Origin: Spirochaetota bacterium
GTDB taxonomy: Bacteria; Spirochaetota; B62-G9; DRHN01
Direction: 5' to 3'
DNA length: 37,965 bases
Assembly (NCBI GenBank): GCA_020342115.1
Contig: CP070841.1
Span: 3,487,531-3,525,495, forward strand
The translations under genes and the position numbers were made by a program. The notes under the pieces are model-generated. The model saw nothing but the letters and a program-made list of their open reading frames with translations, was not told the DNA's origin and made no database searches. This document shows, piece after piece, positions 19,540 through 29,140 of the stretch. The first letter of the stretch is position 1. Every line of letters starts with the position of its first letter.

Positions 19540-20268
19540 TTATTTTTCTATCTTAAATTTTTTCATATGATCTAGAATCCAATCTGAATCTCTCACCTGA
19601 CAGTACATTTCTCCGAGCACCCGTGTGGAGGCGCGGTGGAACTCCTCATCGGGAGATGCTGTTCCATCTTCAACATATGTCACAAGATAGCCTAGATCGC
19701 ACCCATTACGAACTGTATCCTCGACGCATGAGTTACCCCAGACACCGCAGGCGATGAAAGATTTTATGCCCTGATATCGGAAGATATTATGAAGATTTGT
19801 TGAGAGAAAAGTGCTTCCTGTTACTTTGGAGAGAACAGTTTCACCTGGAAGTGGTTTTAATTCTTCAATTATTTCTATCTCAGGGCTCCCTATATTAGGT
19901 TGAAGAAGCCTTCCCATATCTTCAGCATGTTGATCAAAACGGAGCCTCCAGATTGGAGGCATATCTGAAGCATTTTCAAGCCGGCTTGCAAAGAACACAT
20001 GAACGACGGTAAGATCATGTTTGCGAAAAAATGCGAGCAGTTTCTGTATAGCTGGAATGACGGTGTTGTACACGCGCCTGTAGTAATAGACCTGGGAATC
20101 ATTAGTTGTGCCAGTGCCTCTTGCACCAATAAGAAGCCACTCCCTGTTTGCATCGAAATTCTGCATATCGATAATGACAAGAGCTGTTGTTATGGGATTA
20201 ATCCACTCCTCATCGGAAATTCCGAACCAGCCATTCGGATTGAGTTTTAACCCGTATTTAACGATCAT
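19540..20268 (-). CDS. Isochorismatase/cysteine hydrolase family amidase
   Basis: Catalytic triad D (IIDMQN), K (LSKVTGS) and C (NSCVEDTVR), plus DLGY. Confidence 0.88.
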   Translation of the reverse strand: MIVKYGLKLNPNGWFGISDEEWINPITTALVIIDMQNFDANREWLLIGARGTGTTNDSQVYYYRRVYNTVIPAIQKLLAFFRKHDLTVVHVFFASRLENASDMPPIWRLRFDQHAEDMGRLLQPNIGSPEIEIIEELKPLPGETVLSKVTGSTFLSTNLHNIFRYQGIKSFIACGVWGNSCVEDTVRNGCDLGYLVTYVEDGTASPDEEFHRASTRVLGEMYCQVRDSDWILDHMKKFKIEK

Positions 20269-20325
20269 TAGCGTAACCCCTTATTTCTTTTTAAGTGAGT
20301 TATTCGCAATTCTCATCCCTCAAGT

Positions 20326-21735
20326 CTAAGCAATAATCTCTTCCAACTTTTCAACTGTCCCTGGATCAATGTACTGAGCACGGGGCTCAGAAAGGATTTT
20401 CTGTGCCTTTTCATGGGCTTCCATATAGACATCCTTCGACCCATCCTTAATCCAGCGCTCATAGAGTGTCCTGCATGAAATCTCGGGATACCAATTTTCA
20501 TTTTTGAAATGTTTGATCGTATGTTCCTCCTCGAGAAATGACCCCCATGTACCGATCTTATTGATTACATCAACTGCTAGGTGGTCATCTGTGACCTCGA
20601 TTCCCCTTTGAAAACGGCGGAGCATACTGAAAACCTCATGGTCAAGAACAAGGGATTCATAAGACACGGTAAGTCCGGTAGAGAACATCCCAAGGTTTAC
20701 AATTACATCAATTCCGGCGCTGATACAGGCCATAGCTGATAAAGCCTTTTCCCAGCTACACTGCTGGTCTACGATATGAGCATCTGTATCAAACCCAATT
20801 GAATGGCTTGGGATCCCATAGAAACGGGCCATCTGTGCTCCTGCAAGGCGAAGCAACATGGTCTCAGGAGTAGCAATGATTGGGTTTCCCTCTCTCATGT
20901 TAAAGAGGGTGTGTGCATTGCAGTACACCACAGGGAATCCCTCCTTCAGTATTTGTGAAATGGCAATGCCAGAAAGAACCTGTGCATTATGCTGTACTAA
21001 GTGGCCTGCAAGAGTGACGGGTGACGTTGCCCCGGCCATTGGAGCAGGGAGTATGTAAAAGGGTACACCGTTTGCGACAGTGTTCATAACGATTTCGCTT
21101 GCAGAAGGTGTCCATTCTTGAGGCGCTGATGGAGAGATATGACATGAAACAACCGGCTTTGATCCAATATCATCACTACCGATGGCGATTTTTATCATCT
21201 GATATACTGCATCTGCAATGACACCCGTATCAGGAGCAATAATGATATGTTTACATGTATTTTGAAGTAGCATTGAAACTGCATGGGCTTCTGCCTTTTG
21301 TTGCTGTACATCCTGGGGCAATCCCTGGACTCCAACTATACTGATGTCACTCAACTGATCGGCAATCCACGCGAAATCTCCGACCTCCTTTTTTGTAATT
21401 GGTTTTCTTTTTCCTGTATTATAGTCCAGTGTAAATGTCCCATCGAAACCATTCACTGCATGAGTGATTCCCTTTCCTATCTCAATTGGGCTTTCTCCAT
21501 CCCGTGCGTATAGTTTGATCGTGTTAGGTGCTTTCTTAATAAGGTCTTCTACAATCTGACCTGGGAATTTTGCAACTTTATGCTCCCAATCAATTTTCAC
21601 ACCTGCGCTTCCTAATTGTTTTAATAGCTCATCATTGAGTATTCTGGATCCAGTGTGCTCCAGTACTTCAAGTGATGCTGTATGAACCGCCTCTACTTCC
21701 TTCTTGGTTAATGCCTTGTAGAATTCAATTTTAAT
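20326..21735 (-). CDS. mttB: Non-pyrrolysine MttB-family methyltransferase #3 (apparent ATT start)
   Basis: Motifs MAGATSPVTLAG and DTDAHIVDQQCSWEK. Frame extends upstream of GTG 21600 as IKIEFYKALTKKEVEAVHTASLEVLEHTG, matching paralog N-termini. AAGGAG lies 9 nt before ATT 21735. Confidence 0.88.
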   Translation of the reverse strand: MKIEFYKALTKKEVEAVHTASLEVLEHTGSRILNDELLKQLGSAGVKIDWEHKVAKFPGQIVEDLIKKAPNTIKLYARDGESPIEIGKGITHAVNGFDGTFTLDYNTGKRKPITKKEVGDFAWIADQLSDISIVGVQGLPQDVQQQKAEAHAVSMLLQNTCKHIIIAPDTGVIADAVYQMIKIAIGSDDIGSKPVVSCHISPSAPQEWTPSASEIVMNTVANGVPFYILPAPMAGATSPVTLAGHLVQHNAQVLSGIAISQILKEGFPVVYCNAHTLFNMREGNPIIATPETMLLRLAGAQMARFYGIPSHSIGFDTDAHIVDQQCSWEKALSAMACISAGIDVIVNLGMFSTGLTVSYESLVLDHEVFSMLRRFQRGIEVTDDHLAVDVINKIGTWGSFLEEEHTIKHFKNENWYPEISCRTLYERWIKDGSKDVYMEAHEKAQKILSEPRAQYIDPGTVEKLEEIIA

Positions 21736-21833
21736 TGTATGCCACTCCTTTCAGATTTATTATATATAAGCGCAGGGTCAAAATCTACAATATATTAAAT
21801 GCAAGACCATATTCTTTTTTTAATTAAAAAAGG

Positions 21834-21861
21834 TTGACCAAGCCTCACGAACACATAAAAT
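21834..21861 (+). promoter_or_regulatory. Putative upstream sigma70 promoter
   Basis: TTGACC-16 bp-TAAAAT. Confidence 0.4.
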
Positions 21862-21913
21862 ATGAATTATAAGTAAAGGATTGAGAATGATATTGGTGCC
21901 TGGCATTACACGT

Positions 21914-21941
21914 TTGACAACAGTAAAGATATAGTTATAAT
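21914..21941 (+). promoter_or_regulatory. Consensus sigma70 promoter
   Basis: Perfect TTGACA (21914-21919), 16 bp, TATAAT (21936-21941). Confidence 0.7.
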
Positions 21942-22266
21942 GAATAAACTCGAATGTATGTAACTTTATAAAGCAATGAAGTAATCATTATAGTGAACTT
22001 GTCCCGGTAGATTTAACAATTCACATCAGAAGTGGATCGAAGCTTTCTCATATGAGATCATCTCAGATTAAACCATTTTTCATCTCATCAACAGCTTAGC
22101 AAAGCAAGATGGCAAGTTCCAAGTAGTTGTTATGAAACGCAGAAAGGTAAAAAGGCTGAAAGGATACCCTATGTACCTCAACTGCAGATAGTAACACTAT
22201 AACTCCAAATATACTTCCTGATAATTTGAAACGATTAATTCCATTAGTGAAGGAGGAGTTACTAGT

Positions 22267-23370
22267 ATGAACTCAAAGGAGAGAATGCAGACAGCAATGG
22301 AGCATGAGGAACCAGACAGGGTACCATTCATGGCGACCTTTGTACCGGAAGTAGAGCTTCTGTTAAAAAAGAAATATTGTAGAGAGCTCGAAAAGATCGA
22401 TATCCATACTGAAATGAAGTATCAGGGTATGAACGAGCTCGATATACTTTTCGGGCACGATATGCTTCTTTTAACATTCGGAATATCAACAGGGTACTAC
22501 CGAAATACTCCATCCGATACCTACATTGATGAATGGGGAATCAAATGGAAAAAGTCACCATATGAAACGATCAATGGGATTGGACACTATACTGAGATCG
22601 TCGGGTTTCCACTTGAGGATAGTAGCAAGGTCGATTCATATAAACCTCCCAATCCGGATGACGAAGATATGGGTTATGCTGAAAGGATCATCGAGCAGTT
22701 CGGGACGGAGAAGTATATCTGTGGTATAATCGACTGCTCAATATTCGAAGCGCTGAAGTATCTCAGGGGAATCACCCAGAGCCTCATTGATCTTGTGGCA
22801 GAAAAGGATATTGCTCATAAGATAATGGACATATCAGTGGAATACCATCTGCAGCTGGGCTATAAGCTCATCGACCGGGGAGTAGATATACTCTGGCTTG
22901 CAGATGATATAGGCGGCGAACATGCATTGTTGATGTCTCCTGAGACATTTCGTGAAATGATCAAACCAAAAATGGGATATATGATCGGAGAGCTGAAGCG
23001 CCATAACTCAAATGTGAAGGTTGCCTTTCATAGCGATGGGTATATCGAGCCTGTGATCGATGATCTCATAGAGATAGGGGTTGATCTTCTTAACCCTATT
23101 CAACCTGAGTCGATGAACCCGTCCTTTATTAAAAGACGATACGGAGATCGCATCAGTCTCTGGGGAACAGTAAGTACACAGGTGACCTTTCCATTTAAGA
23201 GTCCTGAGGATATTGCCAACGAGGTGAAGGAAAGGATCAAAACCTGTGGTCCAGGTGGAGGATTTCTGATCGCACCTACACATAATCTCCAGCTTGATGT
23301 ACCTCTTGAAAATATTGATGCATTCTATAAAGCTGTAAGTGAGTACGGGAGCTATCCGATCAGATTATAG
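22267..23370 (+). CDS. UroD/MtaA-CmuA-fold protein
   Basis: Motifs MNSKERM..EPDRVP, DEWGIKW, LRG, ADDIG..LLMSP, FHSDG, LNPIQPE and GGGFLIAPTHNLQLDVPLENI. Confidence 0.9.
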   Translation: MNSKERMQTAMEHEEPDRVPFMATFVPEVELLLKKKYCRELEKIDIHTEMKYQGMNELDILFGHDMLLLTFGISTGYYRNTPSDTYIDEWGIKWKKSPYETINGIGHYTEIVGFPLEDSSKVDSYKPPNPDDEDMGYAERIIEQFGTEKYICGIIDCSIFEALKYLRGITQSLIDLVAEKDIAHKIMDISVEYHLQLGYKLIDRGVDILWLADDIGGEHALLMSPETFREMIKPKMGYMIGELKRHNSNVKVAFHSDGYIEPVIDDLIEIGVDLLNPIQPESMNPSFIKRRYGDRISLWGTVSTQVTFPFKSPEDIANEVKERIKTCGPGGGFLIAPTHNLQLDVPLENIDAFYKAVSEYGSYPIRL

Positions 23371-23572
23371 GATATGTCTGTTTGATTTTTATGAATTAAG
23401 AGGTCAAAATTAGAGTACCATTTAATATGATGTGAAAGAAGGTATTGGTAGAGGGTAATGTGACTACCAAATAGGGGTGAAACCTAACATGTTCCATCTG
23501 GGTACCATCTTTTATTCAGAAAGATATACTATAGAAAGCTACAATGTATAATTCATTATATGGGAGTTTAAT

Positions 23573-25000
23573 ATGAAACTTCAAATATTAGAGGTACTGT
23601 CAGATGAAGAGATAAAAAAGATTCATGAAGCATCGATCGATATTCTTGAGCAGTGCGGAGTAAAAATTTACAACAAACGTATGCTCGATTATCTAGCTGA
23701 AAAGGGTATCGTTGTAGATTCAGAAAATCAGATTGCCCACTTTACACGTACAGCTATCGAGGATTCGCTTAATTCGATTCCCAGAACTTTTGAAGTATTT
23801 AACAGGGAAGGTAAGTTTGCATTTGTTTTGGGCGATGGCATTTCAAAAATTGCTGCAGGGCATAATGCTATATTCTGGGTTGATACCGATACTGGTAAAA
23901 CCCGTTATGCAACAGTTAATGACGTTGAACTATGTGCACGTATCTGTGATGATTTAGAGTATATTGATATGGTTGGGACTCCTGTTATGCCACAGGATGT
24001 AAAAGACCCAAAATCAACCTTGCTCTATGGTGTAAAAGCGGTAATAGAAAACAGTAAAAAACCTGTGTTTTTTTCTACTGACAATGAAAAGGTTAATAAC
24101 TCGGTTATCGGTCTATTAAAAGCTGCTTTTGTGGGAGATATTAAGAATGAAGTTTACGGTATATCACAGCTTTCACCAACATCGCCACTCTACTGGGAAG
24201 AGAACGTAATAAATGCCATCATGGATACAGTTGAAACTGGAGTACCGTTGGCTATTCTTCCCGAGCCAAATGCGGGTGTGTCGGCACCCTATACACTAGC
24301 TGGCCTGCTCACAATGAACAACGCAGAATGTCTATCAGGGCTTGCTATGATTCAGATGCTGAGGCCCGGCACAAAAGTTCTGTATGCCAATTCTTGGACC
24401 ACAACTGACATGAGTAATGCTGCAGCTCTCGTGGGATCAACGGAAACATCTATATGTCGAATAGCTGGAGCACAGCTTGCAAGATTCTATAATGTGCCTT
24501 CTCACACTACAGCGCCGAACTCTGATAACCATGCACATGACGAGCAAAATGCCTGGGAGAAAACATTTAGTATGTTCTGTTCAGTTGGTGCTGGTAACGA
24601 CCTCGTAGTCAACTGTGGCATGTTTGCAACCGGAATGACATTCAGCCATGAGCAGTTGATTATGGATGAAGAGATATCGGCTATGTCTAAAAGGATTGCC
24701 GAAGGTATACAGGTATCTGATGATACAATAGCGGCTGATATGATTACAAAGATTGGTCCCGGGCCTGCTGGTGATAAATATTTAACTGCGGAACATACAC
24801 TTGAGTGGCTACGATCTGATGAATATTTATTTCCCCGAGTTTCAGTAAGGGGTGCATTTGCTCTCTGGGAATCGACCGGTAGCAAGGATACATATCAACT
24901 GGCACGTGATAAGGTTAAAGAGTATAAAAAAATGAAACCTGCTCGGATAGATACAGTAAGAATGGAAAAACTTAGTGAAATAGTAAAAAGTTTCATTTGA
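23573..25000 (+). CDS. mttB: Non-pyrrolysine MttB-family methyltransferase #4
   Basis: Motifs IHEASIDILEQCG, SPTSPL, APYTLAG, NNAECLSG, DEQNAWEK and EQLIMDEE. Confidence 0.92.
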   Translation: MKLQILEVLSDEEIKKIHEASIDILEQCGVKIYNKRMLDYLAEKGIVVDSENQIAHFTRTAIEDSLNSIPRTFEVFNREGKFAFVLGDGISKIAAGHNAIFWVDTDTGKTRYATVNDVELCARICDDLEYIDMVGTPVMPQDVKDPKSTLLYGVKAVIENSKKPVFFSTDNEKVNNSVIGLLKAAFVGDIKNEVYGISQLSPTSPLYWEENVINAIMDTVETGVPLAILPEPNAGVSAPYTLAGLLTMNNAECLSGLAMIQMLRPGTKVLYANSWTTTDMSNAAALVGSTETSICRIAGAQLARFYNVPSHTTAPNSDNHAHDEQNAWEKTFSMFCSVGAGNDLVVNCGMFATGMTFSHEQLIMDEEISAMSKRIAEGIQVSDDTIAADMITKIGPGPAGDKYLTAEHTLEWLRSDEYLFPRVSVRGAFALWESTGSKDTYQLARDKVKEYKKMKPARIDTVRMEKLSEIVKSFI

Positions 25001-25063
25001 ACACATAGTTTTATGGGAGAAACTGTGTTTATTAGTGTGAATGATGCATAAGGAGGATTGATA

Positions 25064-26356
25064 ATGGATTACAAAAAGAGTGATCTGGCAATTAATGGAG
25101 GTCCGAAGGCAAAGACCACACCGAATATTCCGATGTTTCCAGGGGGTTTAGAGATAGGGGAAGAAGAGAAGAGAGAAGTCATGGAAGTTTTGGATGCAAA
25201 ATGGCTTTTCAGGTACTACGGGCCAAAAGAGTTTCCATCGAAGGTAAAGAAACTGGAAGAGGCATATGCTGAGTATCTCGGGGTAAAACATTGTCTGGCA
25301 GTTAACTCCTGTACTTCCGCTTTGATTACAGGGCTTAATGCAGTGGGGATTGAACCTGGAGATGAGGTGATAGTGTCGTCGTACACATTTTTTGCATCAG
25401 TTGCTTCAGTCGTTGCTGCAAAAGCAGTACCTGTAATTGCTGAAGTGGATAAATCACTAACAATGGACATAGAAGATGTAGAGAAAAAGATTACATCAAG
25501 AACTAAAGTTATATTACCGGTACATATGAGAGGGATGCCTGTGAGAATGGACAAGATTATGGAGCTGGCAAAGAATCATGATCTTAAAGTAGTTGAGGAT
25601 GTAGCACAGTCGAATGGAGGAAGCTATAGAGGGAAAAAACTTGGTAGCTTTGGGGATGTCGGCTGTTTCTCGTTACAGTTTCATAAAGTTGTTACTTCAG
25701 GAGAGGGAGGAATTATCTCAACAGATAATGATTTGCTCTATACAAGAGCCCAGGCCTACCATGATGTAGCGGCGTGCTGGAGAAAGGACAGGTTTGCGCC
25801 TCCAGAGTTTGAAGGTGAAATATTCTTTGGTGTGAACTTCAGGATGAGCGAACTCTGTGGTGCAGTCGCATTGGCGCAGTTCGGAAAACTCGATAACATA
25901 GTGAAGGCTATGCAGAGGAACAAGAGACTGATAAAAGAGAAAATAAAAGGAATAAGGGGATTAGATTTTAGAGAGGTTACAGATGAGGAAGGAGATGTTG
26001 CTGTGTGTTTGATCATGTATCTCCCTGAGTCTGCAATAGTAGAGGGGTTTACCAAAGCGTTGAATGCTGAAGGTGTTGAAGCAGGCGGAATATACAATAA
26101 GGGTGTTCCTGATTGGCATATCTATGCCCACTGGAAGATGCTGATGGAGAAGCTGATGCCCTCAAAGAGAGGGTGCCCATTTAATTGTCCTCTGTCTCCA
26201 AACGGATCTGAGATACAATATACAGAGGACATGTGTCCAAATACGCTTGATTGGCTGGAGCGCTCTGTGCATATAGACATACCTCCTCAAATGACAGAGA
26301 ATGAGTGCGAACAGATAGCAACTGCAATTGAGAAAGTTTCAGGTGTTCTTTTGTAA
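25064..26356 (+). CDS. DegT/DnrJ/EryC1/StrS family PLP aminotransferase
   Basis: Motifs LAINGG, NSCTSAL, PGDEVIV, EDVAQ and PLP Lys in FSLQFHKVVTSGEGG. ATG 25064 lies 7 nt after AGGAGG. Confidence 0.92.
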   Translation: MDYKKSDLAINGGPKAKTTPNIPMFPGGLEIGEEEKREVMEVLDAKWLFRYYGPKEFPSKVKKLEEAYAEYLGVKHCLAVNSCTSALITGLNAVGIEPGDEVIVSSYTFFASVASVVAAKAVPVIAEVDKSLTMDIEDVEKKITSRTKVILPVHMRGMPVRMDKIMELAKNHDLKVVEDVAQSNGGSYRGKKLGSFGDVGCFSLQFHKVVTSGEGGIISTDNDLLYTRAQAYHDVAACWRKDRFAPPEFEGEIFFGVNFRMSELCGAVALAQFGKLDNIVKAMQRNKRLIKEKIKGIRGLDFREVTDEEGDVAVCLIMYLPESAIVEGFTKALNAEGVEAGGIYNKGVPDWHIYAHWKMLMEKLMPSKRGCPFNCPLSPNGSEIQYTEDMCPNTLDWLERSVHIDIPPQMTENECEQIATAIEKVSGVLL

Positions 26357-26442
26357 TGTGTAACTGAATGATAATTGTATTATATTCATTCAGGTATTCA
26401 TATTAAATCACAAAGCGAATTTTCATATTCAATAAACTTAAA

Positions 26443-27582
26443 ATGTTGATGGAGTCAATAGCTGAAGTAGATCATAATGAAATTGAGAAGAGAAAGGAAA
26501 CGATTTCCAGAATGTGGGAATATAAGAAAATCGATCATATTCCAATTGGAGTATGGATCGATGATTTCAGTCAATATACACTAAGAGAGCAGTGTGAAGA
26601 TGGTCTGAAGCAGTTTGAGACAATGGTTAATTGTGCTAATAGATGCCTGAGGAATCTACCCGATGATTATATACCATATGTAAGAATCTGGCCTGGATAC
26701 ATGACAATTGCGACTATGTTCGGAATGGAAATCTACTGGAGTGATGATCCCAATCAGGCGCCGGGAACAAAGGGGCATATAATAGAAGTTATGGATGATG
26801 TCTATAACCTCAAAATGCCTGATGCAAAGAAGGATGGACTCATGCCGCACAATTTAAAGTGGTTGAGTTATGCAGACAAAAACTTGCCAAAAGACGTATA
26901 CATTGCGGGCATTGACCTGGGCGGTCCACTCAATACAGCGAAGGATCTGCTGGAAACAAACCTTCTCTATACTTCATTCTTAGATTCCCCAGATGCCATG
27001 CATTACCTGCTTAAGCTTGTTGCTGAACTGCAAAGAAAATGCAATGAAGAGATTATTAGAGCGGTGGATGGGCTTCAGCGACTGACATGTACAGATTTTG
27101 ATCCTATCTGGGCTCCTCTTCCGTATAAGGGCTTTGTATCTGATGACGTATGCTCTGCTCTTAGTCCAGATATTTTTAAGATTTTCAGTATTCCATATAA
27201 TAATATGATATTCGATGGATTTGATGGAGGGCGTTTGCACAACTGCGGGCCAAACCCTTCTGCAAATCTGTACCATCGACATGATATTAAAAGATTCGGC
27301 TTGAACTGCTCATATAAATATTCGAAAGATGATATTCAAGTATTGAAAAGCGTATTTAGCGGAAAGGGTATAATAGAGTTTAATTTTGATAACGGAGAAA
27401 GTGCTGATGAAATTTTAAAGGGATTTGAAGAGATTGCAAATGTACTCTCTCCTGATGTCATAGGAATGCCTGTACTCTTTTTAAACGAGTCCTGGAGGGA
27501 TGAGGATCTGCGTAGCATTTATGCTGATCTCCGAAAGATTTCTGATGATTACGCAGGCGCAATAGAATGGACTTGTGAATAG
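26443..27582 (+). CDS. Divergent UroD/MtaA-fold protein
   Basis: Motifs DLGGPLNTA, DSPDAMHYLL, VSDDVCSALSPDIF..FSIPY and LHNCG (HxC). Confidence 0.7.
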   Translation: MLMESIAEVDHNEIEKRKETISRMWEYKKIDHIPIGVWIDDFSQYTLREQCEDGLKQFETMVNCANRCLRNLPDDYIPYVRIWPGYMTIATMFGMEIYWSDDPNQAPGTKGHIIEVMDDVYNLKMPDAKKDGLMPHNLKWLSYADKNLPKDVYIAGIDLGGPLNTAKDLLETNLLYTSFLDSPDAMHYLLKLVAELQRKCNEEIIRAVDGLQRLTCTDFDPIWAPLPYKGFVSDDVCSALSPDIFKIFSIPYNNMIFDGFDGGRLHNCGPNPSANLYHRHDIKRFGLNCSYKYSKDDIQVLKSVFSGKGIIEFNFDNGESADEILKGFEEIANVLSPDVIGMPVLFLNESWRDEDLRSIYADLRKISDDYAGAIEWTCE

Positions 27583-27704
27583 AAAGAGAGATGTATACGA
27601 GATAACTGGTTAAGAGAATATAAGAATTATTACTATTAGTTATACTTGATATTTTAACATCTATTTTTTACAATCTATACTTTGAGATTTTTACTGGAGG
27701 TCTC

Positions 27705-29117
27705 ATGCAAGGTAAGCCTAAAATTGGAATAATTTTTATAACATCTGGATGGTTTCGGGATGTTGGGCTTCAGAGCCCATCTTCTAGCCTTACAAATGAA
27801 GTGGATAATATTGCAAAAGAAATTGTTAAAAGGCTTTCTAAGTTTTTAGTTCCTGTTTACAGGGGGGTCCTCTATTCCGAAGACGAAGCCAGGCATGCAG
27901 CAGAAGAGATAAAAAACGAAAATGTTGACGGCATCATTATAGCGCCACTGATGTGGTGCGAGGATCAAATTCTCCGAGCAGCCTTAAAGCAACTACCGAG
28001 GCTTCCATCCCTTCTGTGCCTTTTTCTACCCTCAAAATATCTACCCGATTTTGTCGAATATCAGCAAATGTTGAAGGGATCGGGTTTAGTAGCAATACTG
28101 CAGCTGAGCGGATTTCTAAAAAGAGAGGGTTATCTTTATAAGACTGTAACAGGTTATTATGAAGATACTGATATTTATGATGAAATAAGGGAGCATTGTC
28201 TTGCTTTCAAAATTCTTTCGAGCATGAAAAATGTAAAATGCGGGGTTTTGCCTTTTCGATGCAACCAGATGTCTACTACATATATCGATGAGTTTACTGT
28301 ACGAAAACTCTACGGTATTGAACTGCACTACCTTGAATTGCAGCGATTTCAAAAAGAAGCTCAGAAAGTCTCTAAAGATGATATTGATAAATTCAAGAAA
28401 ATCCTAAAAAGTGAAGGTCATGTAGTTGAGGTTGACCAAAGAAATCTTACTGAAGGAATAAGGTACGCTATTGCCATGGAAAAAATTCTTACTGATGAGG
28501 GAATTAGTATCCTTGCTATGAACGATATAATTGAGGAGATGCATGACTGCTTTGGTTTGCGACCATGTCTCACCAGTCCCGGACTTTCATCAGCAGGTAT
28601 TGTTGTTACCATGGAAGCAGACATTGCAGCAGGTATTGCAATGTATGTGCTCAGTAAATTTACTGCCAAATCACCATTTTATGCCGAGCTTTACACTGCT
28701 GACCTTGAAAACAATGCATTTCTCATGGGGCATCCCGGTTATCACGATAATATTCATCACGATGAGGATTATCCTGTAAAAATTGTTCCGGATGTTGAAT
28801 ATAAGAACTCGGATCCATTTACCGGTGCATGCTCCTTTTTCAAATATATGCCCGGACCCGTGACTGTGGTTAATTCAGTGTACAATGGTGAGAGGCTCAG
28901 GTGGACAGTTTTTGAGGGTCATTCTCTTCCGGGCCCTCCAAAGTTGGAGGGCTCCAGTCATATCTTCTGTAAGATCGAAAAACCGATAAAAGAGTTTTGC
29001 ACCAGCGTAGTTCAGGTTGGTGTAAGCCAGCACTGGATTGTTGTTCCCGGTCACATTATGAAAAATCTTGAAAATCTCTGTACATGGTTGAATATAGAAT
29101 ACATTGCTGTTGAGTAA
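27705..29117 (+). CDS. L-fucose/L-arabinose isomerase superfamily protein
   Basis: Motifs PCL..MEADIAAG, MGHPG, PGPVT and C-terminal SQHWIVVPGH. Confidence 0.7.
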   Translation: MQGKPKIGIIFITSGWFRDVGLQSPSSSLTNEVDNIAKEIVKRLSKFLVPVYRGVLYSEDEARHAAEEIKNENVDGIIIAPLMWCEDQILRAALKQLPRLPSLLCLFLPSKYLPDFVEYQQMLKGSGLVAILQLSGFLKREGYLYKTVTGYYEDTDIYDEIREHCLAFKILSSMKNVKCGVLPFRCNQMSTTYIDEFTVRKLYGIELHYLELQRFQKEAQKVSKDDIDKFKKILKSEGHVVEVDQRNLTEGIRYAIAMEKILTDEGISILAMNDIIEEMHDCFGLRPCLTSPGLSSAGIVVTMEADIAAGIAMYVLSKFTAKSPFYAELYTADLENNAFLMGHPGYHDNIHHDEDYPVKIVPDVEYKNSDPFTGACSFFKYMPGPVTVVNSVYNGERLRWTVFEGHSLPGPPKLEGSSHIFCKIEKPIKEFCTSVVQVGVSQHWIVVPGHIMKNLENLCTWLNIEYIAVE

Positions 29118-29140
29118 CAGACTAATTTTATCCGAAATTC

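Noticed and set aside
22267-23370. hemE (true uroporphyrinogen decarboxylase) call for the UroD-fold genes
   Set aside because: They lack the N-terminal RQAGR porphyrinogen-binding motif, and there are no tetrapyrrole genes nearby.
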